This document shows, piece by piece, positions 42,887-52,531 of a stretch of DNA of 64,000 nucleotides (position 1 is the stretch's first letter; each line of letters starts with the position of its first letter). The translations under genes and the position numbers were made by a program. The notes below the pieces were generated by a model, which did not search any database, was not told where the DNA came from, and saw only the letters and a program-made list of their open reading frames with translations. Origin of the DNA: an uncultured Chloroflexia bacterium (lineage in GTDB: Bacteria > Chloroflexota > Anaerolineae > Anaerolineales > UBA11858); NCBI GenBank assembly GCA_963751575.1, contig CAVVUX010000002.1, positions 367,984-431,983 of the forward strand, written 5' to 3'.

Positions 42887-43835
42887 ATGAGTAGATACTC
42901 GTGATCTGACTCCGATCCTGATCACTGGTGCCCACCGATCCGGAACAACCTGGGTTGGTAAAGTGATCGCGCAGGATCCTTCCGTTGCTTATATAGGTGA
43001 ACCGCTTCATCTTAATCATTCCCTTGGTGTTCTATCCCAACCGGTTGAGTGCCTGGTACCAATATATATCTGACGAAAATGGAGAACAATTCTATAACGC
43101 ATACCAGAATACAATCAGGCACAGGTACCAGCTGAAGAACGAAATCTTGAATATCAAAAATATTAATTCTGCAGGAAAATTGGTGCGAGATCAGATTTCC
43201 TTTCTGTCAAATCGGATATCAAATCGGAGAGCTTTGCTTAAGGATCCGTTTGCAGTGCTGTCAGTCCCCTGGTTTCTTAAACAATTGGATGCTAAAGTTG
43301 TGATCATGATCAGACATCCGTTATCATTCATTAGCAGCCTTCAGCGCTTGGAATGGCCGTTTGATTTTGATAATATCCTCCAGCAACCATTATTAATGCG
43401 TGATTATTTTGAGCCGTTTCGGCAGGAGATGCTGCAGATTAATCAAAAAAAAGAGGATATCATTGGTCAGGGCATCTTATTATGGAGAATGATCTACTCA
43501 GTTGTAGATCGATTTCAACAACAGGATCTAAATATGATGATCGTCAGGCATGAGGATATATCTCGGACCCCGACAGGATTATTTTCTGAGATCTGTGATT
43601 ATTTGAAACTGGAATTCTCTGAGAATATCGAAGTAGCGATCCTGCGTTCCACTCACGATACAAAACCCAACCGAGGTTTCAGATCAAAACGAACATGCTG
43701 TTTTATTAGACAGTCTGAAAAATCTATCGCAACTGGAAAAAAAGGCTGACTGAAGATGAGGTCACTAGGATTATTTCCGGCAGCCAGGATATTGCCGATA
43801 TTTACTACCCGCGAGAGGAATGGAAAGAATGGTAG
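42887..43835 (+). pseudogene. sulfotransferase (paralog of 51488-52410), about four frame disruptions
   Basis: The ATG at 42887 is followed by shifts at ~42900, ~43050, ~43665 and the A7 run 43737-43743. Segments are LTPILITGAHRSGTTWVGK, WYQYISDENGEQF...KVVIMIRHPLSFISSLQRLEWPF, ..NPTEVSDQNEHAVLLDSLKNLS and WKKRLTEDEVTRIISGSQDIADIYYPREEWKEW (stop 43833-43835). It aligns along its whole length with the 51488 protein. Confidence 0.65.
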
Positions 43836-44612
43836 AGCAACCTTTGGTTTCCATCGTGACTCCATCCTATAATCAGGCTGAATTTCTACCCTGAAACAAT
43901 CAATTCTGTTCTTAATCAAGATTATCCGCGGATAGAATATGTTATTGTGGATGGTGGATCAACAGATGGAAGTGTGGGATCATCAAAGAATACCAGGACA
44001 GAATTTCCTGGTGGGTGTCGGAAAAAGACCAGGGCCAGACAGATGCGATTAACAAAGGTTTCCAAAAAACGACAGGGCAGATCTATGCCTGGTTAAACTC
44101 TGATGATTTGCTCAAACCCGGGGCAGTTTCAGAAGCTGTCAATTTCTTACTCAGAAATCCGGAAATAGGACTGGTTTATGGTGATCTCCACTACATCAAT
44201 GGTAAAGGCAAATATATCGGCAATTTTAATGCCAGGCAGACTGACCTGCAAAAATTGCGGAGGGGCTACGTCCATATTCCTCAACCGGCAGCATTTTGGC
44301 GGGCTGAGATCTGGAATCAAGTGGGACCATTAGATCCCAGCTTATTTTTTGCGATGGATTATGATCTCTGGATCAAAATCGCCACTGTGACACAAATTCA
44401 CTATCATAAAGGGTCTTATTGGGCTGATTTCCGGATCCATGGTGGATCAAAAACGATTAGCAGCTGACGAACAATGCTGGGATGATATGCTCAAGATCCA
44501 CCGCCGTGATGGGGGCAGCTGGTTGTCGATCCTTGTTGTTAAATACTGGCTTAGAAAGCTGGCAGGTCCGATCTGGCGCTGGGTCAAACTGCTAAAATAT
44601 AAATCTTCTTAA
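43829..44612 (+). pseudogene. glycosyltransferase family 2 (paralog of 41899-42803), three frame disruptions
   Basis: [20 protein letters not shown], then a shift at ~43888 to ETINSVLNQDYPRIEYVIVDGGSTDGSV. A shift at ~43975 gives IIKEYQDRISWWVSEKDQGQTDAINKGFQKTTGQIYAWLNSDD... A shift at ~44460 gives AADEQCWDDMLKIHRRDGG...KLLKYKSS (stop 44610-44612). Confidence 0.65.
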
Positions 44613-44638
44613 CCGACCATTTTCAGGAGAATCACCTT

Positions 44639-45697
44639 ATGGAAGAGTGGAGATTTCAAGAGAAAATTATCAAGTTCATCAAGACCTGGCCGAATATGGT
44701 CCTTGTTTTTATCGGATCAGGAATGCTCGCTGGTCTACTGGTATTATTTATTTCCCTCCAGTTCAAAAGGCGACAGCAGAATTTTATCTTGGGATAGATA
44801 TGACCCGGGTATATGATGTCTCATCCCTGGCATCTTACGCGAAATCTGAACCATTTAATATTGACGACTATAAAAATTGGCAGCTTTCTCAGGTTGATTC
44901 TATCGCTACGTCAGATTGGATTGCCGATCAGGTCCTTGAGGAACTCAAGAATCAGGACCTCTACTGGGAAGATCTAACGGTTACCGATTTTATTAGTATG
45001 CAGGATATTGATTGGTATGATGTGGGGGTTTGGAAATTGAGGATTCATGACCGGGATGGAAAATTGGCCTTGGATGGAGTTGAGGCTTGGAGGGATGTCC
45101 TGCTCAAGGAGTTAAATGTTCTGATCATAGAAAGTGAGGATGTTCTCGCTATTGATGGTCGCCTGAGGGCTGTAAATCAAGAACTTGTCAATCTTGCGAT
45201 CCGACGGAGTGAGTTAGAGCAGCTTGATGAGAAATCTAGAATCCACCCTAGCTATCTTGGAGGCACTGAATCCTGAGGAAAAATTACCTGAACCAACGAG
45301 AGAGGATTTGTGGGATCTGGTCGCAGTCAGCGCATCCGATGACCTTCTGTGGGAAAAGACCATGCTGGAATTTCCTGCTCCAGGACAACCTGTCGCGGCC
45401 ATGACTGATTGGCTGATTGTGGTTTTAGCCCGGGGTATGAAGGAGAAAGACCAGAATCTAGAAATCAGATTATCTCTGGAAAATGATCTGGAGGTTATTT
45501 TGGGGGATTACAGGGAAGAAATTGAACAAGCTCAAGGCTTGTCATCCAGCTTATATGTTGAGAAACAGGCTGCAGATCCATATTTGGAGACCTATTACCC
45601 CGCCAGTGTTGTGGGCCTGATTGGCAGTTTCGTTGGTTTACTCGTCTATATCATCGTTTGGGTGATGCAGTCTGAAATGCGAGCGGAAAAGAAATGA
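44639..45697 (+). pseudogene. Wzz-like polysaccharide chain-length determinant (PCP) protein, two frame disruptions
   Basis: The RBS CAGGAGA precedes ATG 44639: MEEWRFQEKIIKFIKTWPNMVLVFIGSGMLAGLLVLFISL (TM1). A -1 shift at ~44755 gives VQKATAEFYLGIDMTRVY.. and a coiled-coil-like middle. A +1 shift at ~45235 leads to the C-terminal TM VVGLIGSFVGLLVYIIVWVM. Confidence 0.5.
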
Positions 45698-47184
45698 TCA
45701 AGAAGTTAGCTAGATCGATCTCTGTGATACTGATGGCTGGCGTTTTCCTTTCTTTGCCAGTTACGAATTTTCCGTACTTCCCGTCCAGTATTGGTGGGAA
45801 CTCTGTTCTTGTCAGACCTTTGCTTATCTATCCTCTCGCGGGTCTTGTCCTACTGCTCGTGATTCCCCGATTGATATCTAAGGCAGTCCCACGGCCGGTG
45901 CTGATAATAATCTTGTTTTTCATTTGGGGAGTGGTTGTTTCAATCCTGCCGATATTATTGGGGGTAACTTCGCCTTGGAAAGAAGTTTCCCTGATTCCGA
46001 GAGAGATCAGAACAATATTCACTCTGGTGTTGGGAATATTGCTTTACTTGTCAATTAGTCTCTACCCACAGACTAGATCAGATCTTCGAACATCCCTGAA
46101 ATGGCTCTATGGCGGATTGCTGCTGGTCTTAATTTGGGGAACGATGCAGGCCCTCTATACGCTGGATCTTGTGCCAGGATGGTTTGAGCTGATGAGTAAT
46201 GCGCAGCAATTCATTTCTGCAAAATCTCTTAACCCCGACCGAATTTCTGGAATGACTTATGAACCAAGCGCATTTGCAGATCAATTGGTTGTGATCTGGC
46301 TGCCATGGATAAGCGCAGCCAGCTTGAATAATTACACTGTATATGTTTGGCGGTGGAAATGGATAACCATTGAAAGGATATTAAGCGCCTGGACTTTAAT
46401 TATCCTCGCCTTTACTCTTTCTCGGACGGGTTTAATTCTCGGTGTGGGAACCATACTATTTGGGGTTTTGATCAGTTTCAGAAAAATCCCGCAAGGGGAT
46501 GAACAACATGACTGCAACTCACAAAAAGACCCTCCTTTGTTAAGGATGGTAAGAGAATACCGAATCCTACTTATCCTATTTGGCGTTGTTGGTTTTTTAA
46601 TAATATTCTATTTGTTGGGTACCCAGGTTGCTTATATTAATCGGGTGTGGGAATACTTTTCGCTGAACAGGGAGTTTGACTTAAGGAAGTATTTCAACTA
46701 TATTGGTTTTGGTGCGAGGGTTACCTACTGGGAAACCGCCTGGCGGATATTTTTAGATTTTCCTATTTTTGGTGTTGGACTGGGAAATTTCGCAATTTAT
46801 TTTTCAGATTATGTCCCCTTCCAACATCTGGTAATAACACCAGAACTTTTACTTCGCCTGGTTCCATCGAGCGGACGGTCCCGGGTAGTCTCTGTAAAAC
46901 ACTTTCTGATCCGGATCCTGGCAGAAATGGGCTTGGTTGGATTTGGGATCTTTATGGTATTTTTGATAGTCCTGGGGTTAATGGGATTGTATTTATGGCG
47001 GTCCAGGAATGAAGAAGACCATTTTTGGGGCACAGCGGCACTGATTGGTCTTGTTGCGTTTATTGGAGATACTTTCTCTTTCGATTCATTTGCTATTCCA
47101 AATCCCTGGGTATTGTTTGGACTGATAACTGCCGCATTTTCAGTCCTGAAAAATAAAATTATCACTGTGAGAGGAAATGGATAA
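45694..47184 (+). CDS. O-antigen ligase/polymerase-family membrane protein (Wzy_C-like)
   Basis: 496 aa and multi-TM, with a loop containing AFTLSRTGLILGVGT, typical of the O-antigen ligase family. The start overlaps the upstream stop. Confidence 0.7.
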   Translation: MIKKLARSISVILMAGVFLSLPVTNFPYFPSSIGGNSVLVRPLLIYPLAGLVLLLVIPRLISKAVPRPVLIIILFFIWGVVVSILPILLGVTSPWKEVSLIPREIRTIFTLVLGILLYLSISLYPQTRSDLRTSLKWLYGGLLLVLIWGTMQALYTLDLVPGWFELMSNAQQFISAKSLNPDRISGMTYEPSAFADQLVVIWLPWISAASLNNYTVYVWRWKWITIERILSAWTLIILAFTLSRTGLILGVGTILFGVLISFRKIPQGDEQHDCNSQKDPPLLRMVREYRILLILFGVVGFLIIFYLLGTQVAYINRVWEYFSLNREFDLRKYFNYIGFGARVTYWETAWRIFLDFPIFGVGLGNFAIYFSDYVPFQHLVITPELLLRLVPSSGRSRVVSVKHFLIRILAEMGLVGFGIFMVFLIVLGLMGLYLWRSRNEEDHFWGTAALIGLVAFIGDTFSFDSFAIPNPWVLFGLITAAFSVLKNKIITVRGNG

Positions 47185-49201
47185 ACAACAGAAAATTATT
47201 GGTTTGATCGTTATTGGTATCGTCTTGTTTAGCTGCATATGTCTGGCTTGCGGTCTGAGCATATTTGGATTGACCAGTTGGCTGGGGATTAAAGAATACT
47301 CAACATCAGAAACGACAGAGGTTGAGGTGATATCTCCTGCAGCACCTAACCTGGCTCATGATTCTGAACAATCTGGTGAGGTTTATTCATCAACCTTGGA
47401 AACTCTAAATAATGTTGAGATTCCAGTCAATGATCCCTTGGATATTGCTCAGCGCTTGGAAGGAAAGGAAAATATACCCCTGACGCTGCCTGTTGAGAAT
47501 CTCAATCGCCAGGTAGGCGAAAAAGAAAGTTTCTGGGTCACCAATACAGACAGTGCAGAAAACTTCCAGGTCCAGACGACATTGGCCGCTGTTACAGATC
47601 ACCTGTATTTTTGGATTGAAGATGGTGTGGATTATTCCCAGAACGCCCTGGACAAATTAGCCAGAGAATTTGAGGATGTCATCTATCCAATTAATCAGGA
47701 ATTTTTTGGCTCGGAGTGGTTTCCGGGAGTGGATGAAGATCCGCACCTCTATGTGATTTATGCCCGGGGTTTAGGAAATAACCTGGCAGGATACTACTCT
47801 TCGATTGATGAATATCATCCCCTGGTTCATGAATTCTCCAATGCTCATGAAACCTTTATGCTCAGTGCGGATAATGCCGGATTGTCTGAAGATTATACTT
47901 ATGGTGTCTTGGCCCACGAATTCCAGCACATGATCCATTGGTATCGAGACCGCAATGAGACTTCCTGGCTTAATGAAGGGTTTTCTGAACTTTCTACTTT
48001 GTTAACAGGACAGCGAGACGGGCCAACTCACGATTATTATTTTGCGGATAATCCAGACACTCAGCTTAATGACTGGCCGAATAATCCCAACGAAACCATA
48101 CCCCATTATGGGAATGCGTTCTTATTCGTGACCTATTTTATGGACAGGTTTGGCAGTGACGCTACCAAAGCCCTGGTCGCCCATAAACTAAATGGACTTC
48201 AGAGCATTGATAATGTACTGGAAAGTATGGGTATGTTCGATCCGGATACTGGAAATCTCATCACTGCCGATGATGTTTTTTTGGATTGGGTGGTCACAAA
48301 CTATCTCAAAGATCAATATAACGTTACAGAGCGGTTCAGCTATTCATCTTATCCTGCTGCTCCGAGCTTCTACCCCACTGAGACTATAGAAAGCTGCTCA
48401 ACCGATGAACTCAAGCGAGATGTGCATCAATACGCTGCTGACTATATCGAATTGTCCTGCCTGGAGGATTTTTCACTCCACTTCACAGGCCAGCAAAGTG
48501 TTCAAGTCATTCCGGAAAATCCATACTCTGGTTCCTTTGCATACTGGTCTAATAAGGGTGATCATTCGGACATGCGTCTGACCCGTGAATTTGATTTCAG
48601 TGATGTCAGCGGACCGATCACGCTCAAGTATTGGACCTGGTATGATCTGGAAGAGGATTATGATTATGTTTTCCTTGAGGTTTCCAGCAATGGCGGTGAT
48701 TGGAGAATCATCAGGACTCCCTCAAGTACTTCTGATAACCCATCAGGGAACAGCTATGGTTGGGGTTACAACGGCCTTTCAGGGGGAGATGGAAGCTGGA
48801 TCCAGGAAGAAGTGGATCTATCAAGGTATGCGGGCGAAATCATTAAAATCCGGTTTGAATATATAACAGATGCCGCAGTCCATGGTGAAGGATTGCTGCT
48901 GGATTCGATCTCAGTACCTGAAATTTCTTATTTCACTGATTTTGAAACTGATAGTGGTGGATGGATACCAGAGGGGTTTGTGAGGATTGAAAATAAACTT
49001 CCCCAGACTTATCGTTTGGCTCTCCTTCATCTGGGTGCTGTTCCCCGGGTCGAGTACTTATCAATAACCGATGGAAACGATGTTGAAATACCCGTATCAC
49101 CGGGAGCCACCGGATCCAGTTCCACTATTTTAGTTGTTACAGGAACTACCCGCTTCACCAGGCAAACAGCCAGTTACTGGTTTGAGCTCACAGAAAAATA
49201 A
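47177..49201 (+). CDS. membrane-anchored gluzincin-type zinc metalloprotease with C-terminal beta-sandwich domain
   Basis: N-terminal TM IIGLIVIGIVLFSCICLACGLSIF, and zinc site VLAHEFQHMIHWYRDRNETSWLNEGFSE (HExxH ... NEG..E). The C-terminal block WTWYDLEEDYDYVFLEVSSNGGDWRII...IKIRFEYITD resembles InhA/MAM-like domains. It overlaps the ligase-like gene by 8 nt. Confidence 0.65.
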   Translation: MDKQQKIIGLIVIGIVLFSCICLACGLSIFGLTSWLGIKEYSTSETTEVEVISPAAPNLAHDSEQSGEVYSSTLETLNNVEIPVNDPLDIAQRLEGKENIPLTLPVENLNRQVGEKESFWVTNTDSAENFQVQTTLAAVTDHLYFWIEDGVDYSQNALDKLAREFEDVIYPINQEFFGSEWFPGVDEDPHLYVIYARGLGNNLAGYYSSIDEYHPLVHEFSNAHETFMLSADNAGLSEDYTYGVLAHEFQHMIHWYRDRNETSWLNEGFSELSTLLTGQRDGPTHDYYFADNPDTQLNDWPNNPNETIPHYGNAFLFVTYFMDRFGSDATKALVAHKLNGLQSIDNVLESMGMFDPDTGNLITADDVFLDWVVTNYLKDQYNVTERFSYSSYPAAPSFYPTETIESCSTDELKRDVHQYAADYIELSCLEDFSLHFTGQQSVQVIPENPYSGSFAYWSNKGDHSDMRLTREFDFSDVSGPITLKYWTWYDLEEDYDYVFLEVSSNGGDWRIIRTPSSTSDNPSGNSYGWGYNGLSGGDGSWIQEEVDLSRYAGEIIKIRFEYITDAAVHGEGLLLDSISVPEISYFTDFETDSGGWIPEGFVRIENKLPQTYRLALLHLGAVPRVEYLSITDGNDVEIPVSPGATGSSSTILVVTGTTRFTRQTASYWFELTEK

Positions 49202-49210
49202 GAGATAGCA

Positions 49211-49236
49211 TAAACTCCCTGGAAACAGGGAGTTTA
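49211..49236. terminator. hairpin between convergent genes (putative bidirectional terminator)
   Basis: TAAACTCCCTG-GAAA-CAGGGAGTTTA forms a perfect 11-bp stem with a 4-nt loop and is followed by TTATTATT. It lies between the protease stop (49201) and the minus-strand ytxH-like stop (49294). Confidence 0.6.
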
Positions 49237-49293
49237 TTATTAACCAGGATTTGTGATCTTCTGGTTTAGCAAAAGTTCGGAATCAAGATCAGA

Positions 49294-49506
49294 TCAATCG
49301 GCCTTGATTAATTCATCCAGATACAGCTCAAGTTCTTCTCGTTTTTTCTGGGCAGCGTCCTTGATCTCAAGCTGGATTTGATCAGCCTGTTTTTTTATCG
49401 AGAACCTTAACTCTTCCCCAGAATAGGGAGCGAACAGCAGAGCAGCTAAACCACCTAAAACTCCTCCCAGTACTGCGCCAAGTGTAAATGCCAATGCTTT
49501 TCTCAT
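49294..49506 (-). CDS. YtxH-domain small membrane-anchored protein
   Basis: 70 aa, with a Gly-rich N-terminal helix LGAVLGGVLGGLAALLFAPYSGEELR followed by a charged amphipathic helix. Confidence 0.6.
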   Translation of the reverse strand: MRKALAFTLGAVLGGVLGGLAALLFAPYSGEELRFSIKKQADQIQLEIKDAAQKKREELELYLDELIKAD

Positions 49507-49597
49507 CTAACAATCTCCTTTCAACAATCTAATCAATGTTAATTATAATTGGTCTTGAGGAAAAAGGGACCTCCGCTTCCCGCTTTTGGAGTTATTG

Positions 49598-50614
49598 ATG
49601 ATAGATAATAAACTTCCGCTATTGGATCTTCACCGGCATCTGGATGGGAGCATACGCCTCGAAACCATTCTGGATTTGGGTAGAAAACACAAGATTGATT
49701 TGCCTGCTGATAACCTGGAGGGTTTGCGTCCCTTTGTCCAGGTCACAGATCCCCGGCCGGGAGTGATGGCATTTATTGATAAATTTCAATATATGGTAGG
49801 AGTCTTGGCAGATTATGATGCCTGCAGACGGGTTGCCTATGAAAATGTCGAGGATGCCTACCTGGAGGGTATTGATTATATTGAACTCAGGTTCAGCCCG
49901 TTGTTTATGGCTGAACCACATGGCTTGGACCCCGCAGGCGTTGTTGAAGGAATTCTCGAAGGCGTCCATCAGGGCCGGGCTGATTTTGATATCAAAGTAA
50001 ACTTAATAGGTATCATCAGCAGAACCTATGGACCTGATCGGGGATGGCAGGAACTGGAGGCTTTATTGGCGTATAAAGATCAAATTATTGCTCTGGATCT
50101 GGCAGGAGATGAAGTAAACTTTCCGGGAAAGCTGTTTGTTGATCATTTCCGGGAAGGTCAGGATGCTGGTTGGTATATTACTGTGCACGCCGGAGAAGAA
50201 TCTGGCCCGGACAGCATCTGGCAGGCAGTAGAGGAATTGAATGCGGTTCGGATCGGACACGGAGTGAGCGCCGCCAAAGATCCGCAATTGATGGATTTCC
50301 TCGCCGACAACGAAATAGGCATTGAATCAAATCTAACTAGCAATCTGCAAACCAGGGTAATTGATAATTATCTGGCCCATCCTTTAAGGAAATTTCTTGA
50401 AAACGGGATTTTGGCGACAATTAACACCGATGATCCAGGGATCAGTGCGATTGATCTGAAATATGAATATGACCATGCTGCTCCAGCTGCTGGCCTCTCA
50501 CCGGATATGATCCAGCAAGCTCAGCAAAATGCAGTCAAGATTGCCTTCCTCGAACAGGAAGATAAAATTACCTTACAGAAAAAAGCTATTGGGAGAACGA
50601 ATTCGAATGAGTAA
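49598..50614 (+). CDS. add: adenosine deaminase
   Basis: LPLLDLHRHLDGSIRLETILDLG is the metal-binding HxH N-terminal motif, with HAGE and TINTDDPG also present. The ORF is open from TTG 49586; ATG 49598 is the likely start. Confidence 0.85.
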   Translation: MIDNKLPLLDLHRHLDGSIRLETILDLGRKHKIDLPADNLEGLRPFVQVTDPRPGVMAFIDKFQYMVGVLADYDACRRVAYENVEDAYLEGIDYIELRFSPLFMAEPHGLDPAGVVEGILEGVHQGRADFDIKVNLIGIISRTYGPDRGWQELEALLAYKDQIIALDLAGDEVNFPGKLFVDHFREGQDAGWYITVHAGEESGPDSIWQAVEELNAVRIGHGVSAAKDPQLMDFLADNEIGIESNLTSNLQTRVIDNYLAHPLRKFLENGILATINTDDPGISAIDLKYEYDHAAPAAGLSPDMIQQAQQNAVKIAFLEQEDKITLQKKAIGRTNSNE

Positions 50615-51356
50615 ACAAGTTATTCTGTCGGTGGGTATGCCCCGGGCAGGTTCAGGATGGTACTACAATCTAACCCAGGACCTGGTGATTGCAGCTGGCG
50701 GTGTCGACGCCAAAATAATTCGATCCAGATATGGTTTGAATAAACTCTTAACACAAGTGAATTGCAATCTGGGAACATTGAGCAGTTATCGCCTGATCCC
50801 GGTTCTCGCCCCCTTGATCTTTGAACCCGGCTATGTGATTAAACTGCATGCTGGAAGACGCCCTCTCGCAGATCAGCTCATCAAATTAGGAGTGATAAAA
50901 CCAACCTTCATCTTTCGGGATCCGAGAGACTGTTTGCTTTCAGCATATGAAAATGGCCAGCTGATGTCTTCCCAAGGAATGACCAATGCATTTACACCTT
51001 TAAAGACTCTGGATGATGCAATTATGTTCATGGATTTTTATGTCAAAGTAGCCCGGGAGTGGATTGCCCAACCAGATACAATGGTTGTGAAATACGAGGA
51101 TTTAAAGGGTAATTACGATCAGGAAACTAGCCGCCTGATTGCTTTCCTGGGAGTTGACCCAGGCGATGTGAATGTTAAACGCATTCTCAATCAGTATCGT
51201 CCAGATCAGAAACCAAACAAGAAGCCGGGACTTCATTTTTCCAAGGGAAAGGTAGGCCGCTACCAGGAAGCATTCACGCCGGATCAACTGAATTTGTGTG
51301 AAAAGTTATTCGGTGATTTTTTGGTAGAGCACGGATATGAAAACTCACTCAGTTAA
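50607..51356 (+). CDS. sulfotransferase
   Basis: MSKQVILSVGMPRAGSGWYYNL is 5'-PSB-like and FIFRDPRDCLLSAY is 3'-PB-like. ATG 50607 overlaps the add stop by 8 nt. The track start at 50529 is an upstream extension. Confidence 0.75.
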   Translation: MSKQVILSVGMPRAGSGWYYNLTQDLVIAAGGVDAKIIRSRYGLNKLLTQVNCNLGTLSSYRLIPVLAPLIFEPGYVIKLHAGRRPLADQLIKLGVIKPTFIFRDPRDCLLSAYENGQLMSSQGMTNAFTPLKTLDDAIMFMDFYVKVAREWIAQPDTMVVKYEDLKGNYDQETSRLIAFLGVDPGDVNVKRILNQYRPDQKPNKKPGLHFSKGKVGRYQEAFTPDQLNLCEKLFGDFLVEHGYENSLS

Positions 51357-51487
51357 ATACGATCGGATCTGGTGCCTTATCAACTTCGGATGCCGAGTGG
51401 ATTTAAACGATAATAGAAAGCTGCAATTAAAACCTGCAGTGAAGCAGATCCAGGACCATTTGATGATGAATATGGAGATTACTTGGG

Positions 51488-52410
51488 ATGAATGAGAATA
51501 ATGTGAAACCTATATTAGTGACTGGAGCACATCGTTCTGGGTCTACCTGGGCGGGAAATATGATTTCATCACCCCCGGACATCGCTTATGTGAATGAACC
51601 TTTCAATATCCTGTATAAACCTGGTTCTTGCCGACCGCATTTCACTCATTGGTACACATACGTCTGCGACGAGAATGAATCCCTCCATTTTAAGTATATT
51701 GAGGACTGTCTGAGTTATAAACCGCGCATGTTTAACAAAGTTCTCAAACACGGGTCTCTGAGAGATCTGCCGAGGATATCAAAATTCCAGATTGAGTGTT
51801 ATAAAGCCCGGTTGCTGGGTAAAAGGCCCCTGATGAAGGATCCATTGGCAGTTCTCTCCAGTGAATGGCTGGCGAACGTTTTAATATGGATGTCGTCATC
51901 CTGATCAGACATCCAGCCGCATTTGTTGGTAGTCTGAAAGTTGCAAACTGGCCATTTCCTTTTTCCGATTTATTAAATCAACCACTTCTGATTGAACAGC
52001 ATTTTTCAAGGTATGAATCAGAAATATCGGAATACGCAGAAAATGAACGTGATCTAATCGATCAGGCTATTTTCCTCTGGAACTTGATCTATTCGATGGT
52101 ACTGAAATATAAGGTGAAGCATGGAGATGATTGGATCTTCATCACTCATGAGGACCTATCACGCTCTCCCCTCGATGAATTCAAGAAAATATTTAAGAAA
52201 CTTGAAATACCATTTACGGAACAGGCAGAAGGCAGAATTACCAAATATTCTTATGCAGATTCAAGAAATGAAGACAGCAGTATTCGTGACAGCAAATCCA
52301 ATATTTGGAAGTGGAAGAAAAGACTAACGGATGATGAAATTACTCGGGTTAGAGAGCGGACGTTCGAGATCTCAAAAAATTTTTATGCTGAGGATGACTG
52401 GCTCAGCTGA
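51488..52410 (+). pseudogene. sulfotransferase (paralog of 42887-43835), one frame disruption
   Basis: KPILVTGAHRSGSTWAGNMI, then a -1 shift at ~51872 (..LSSEWLA | ERFNMDVVILIRHPAAFVGSLKVANWPF). The C-terminus is WKWKKRLTDDEITRVRERT. Confidence 0.7.
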
Positions 52411-52531
52411 TCTTCAAACTGGATCTCGCCTATCCACCCAGCAAGATGGAAATTTGTTATCAAAATCGAGGATATAATCGAGATCTTGTTAATCTCATAA
52501 AAATCCTATCAGGCATCGGAGAATAATCTAA

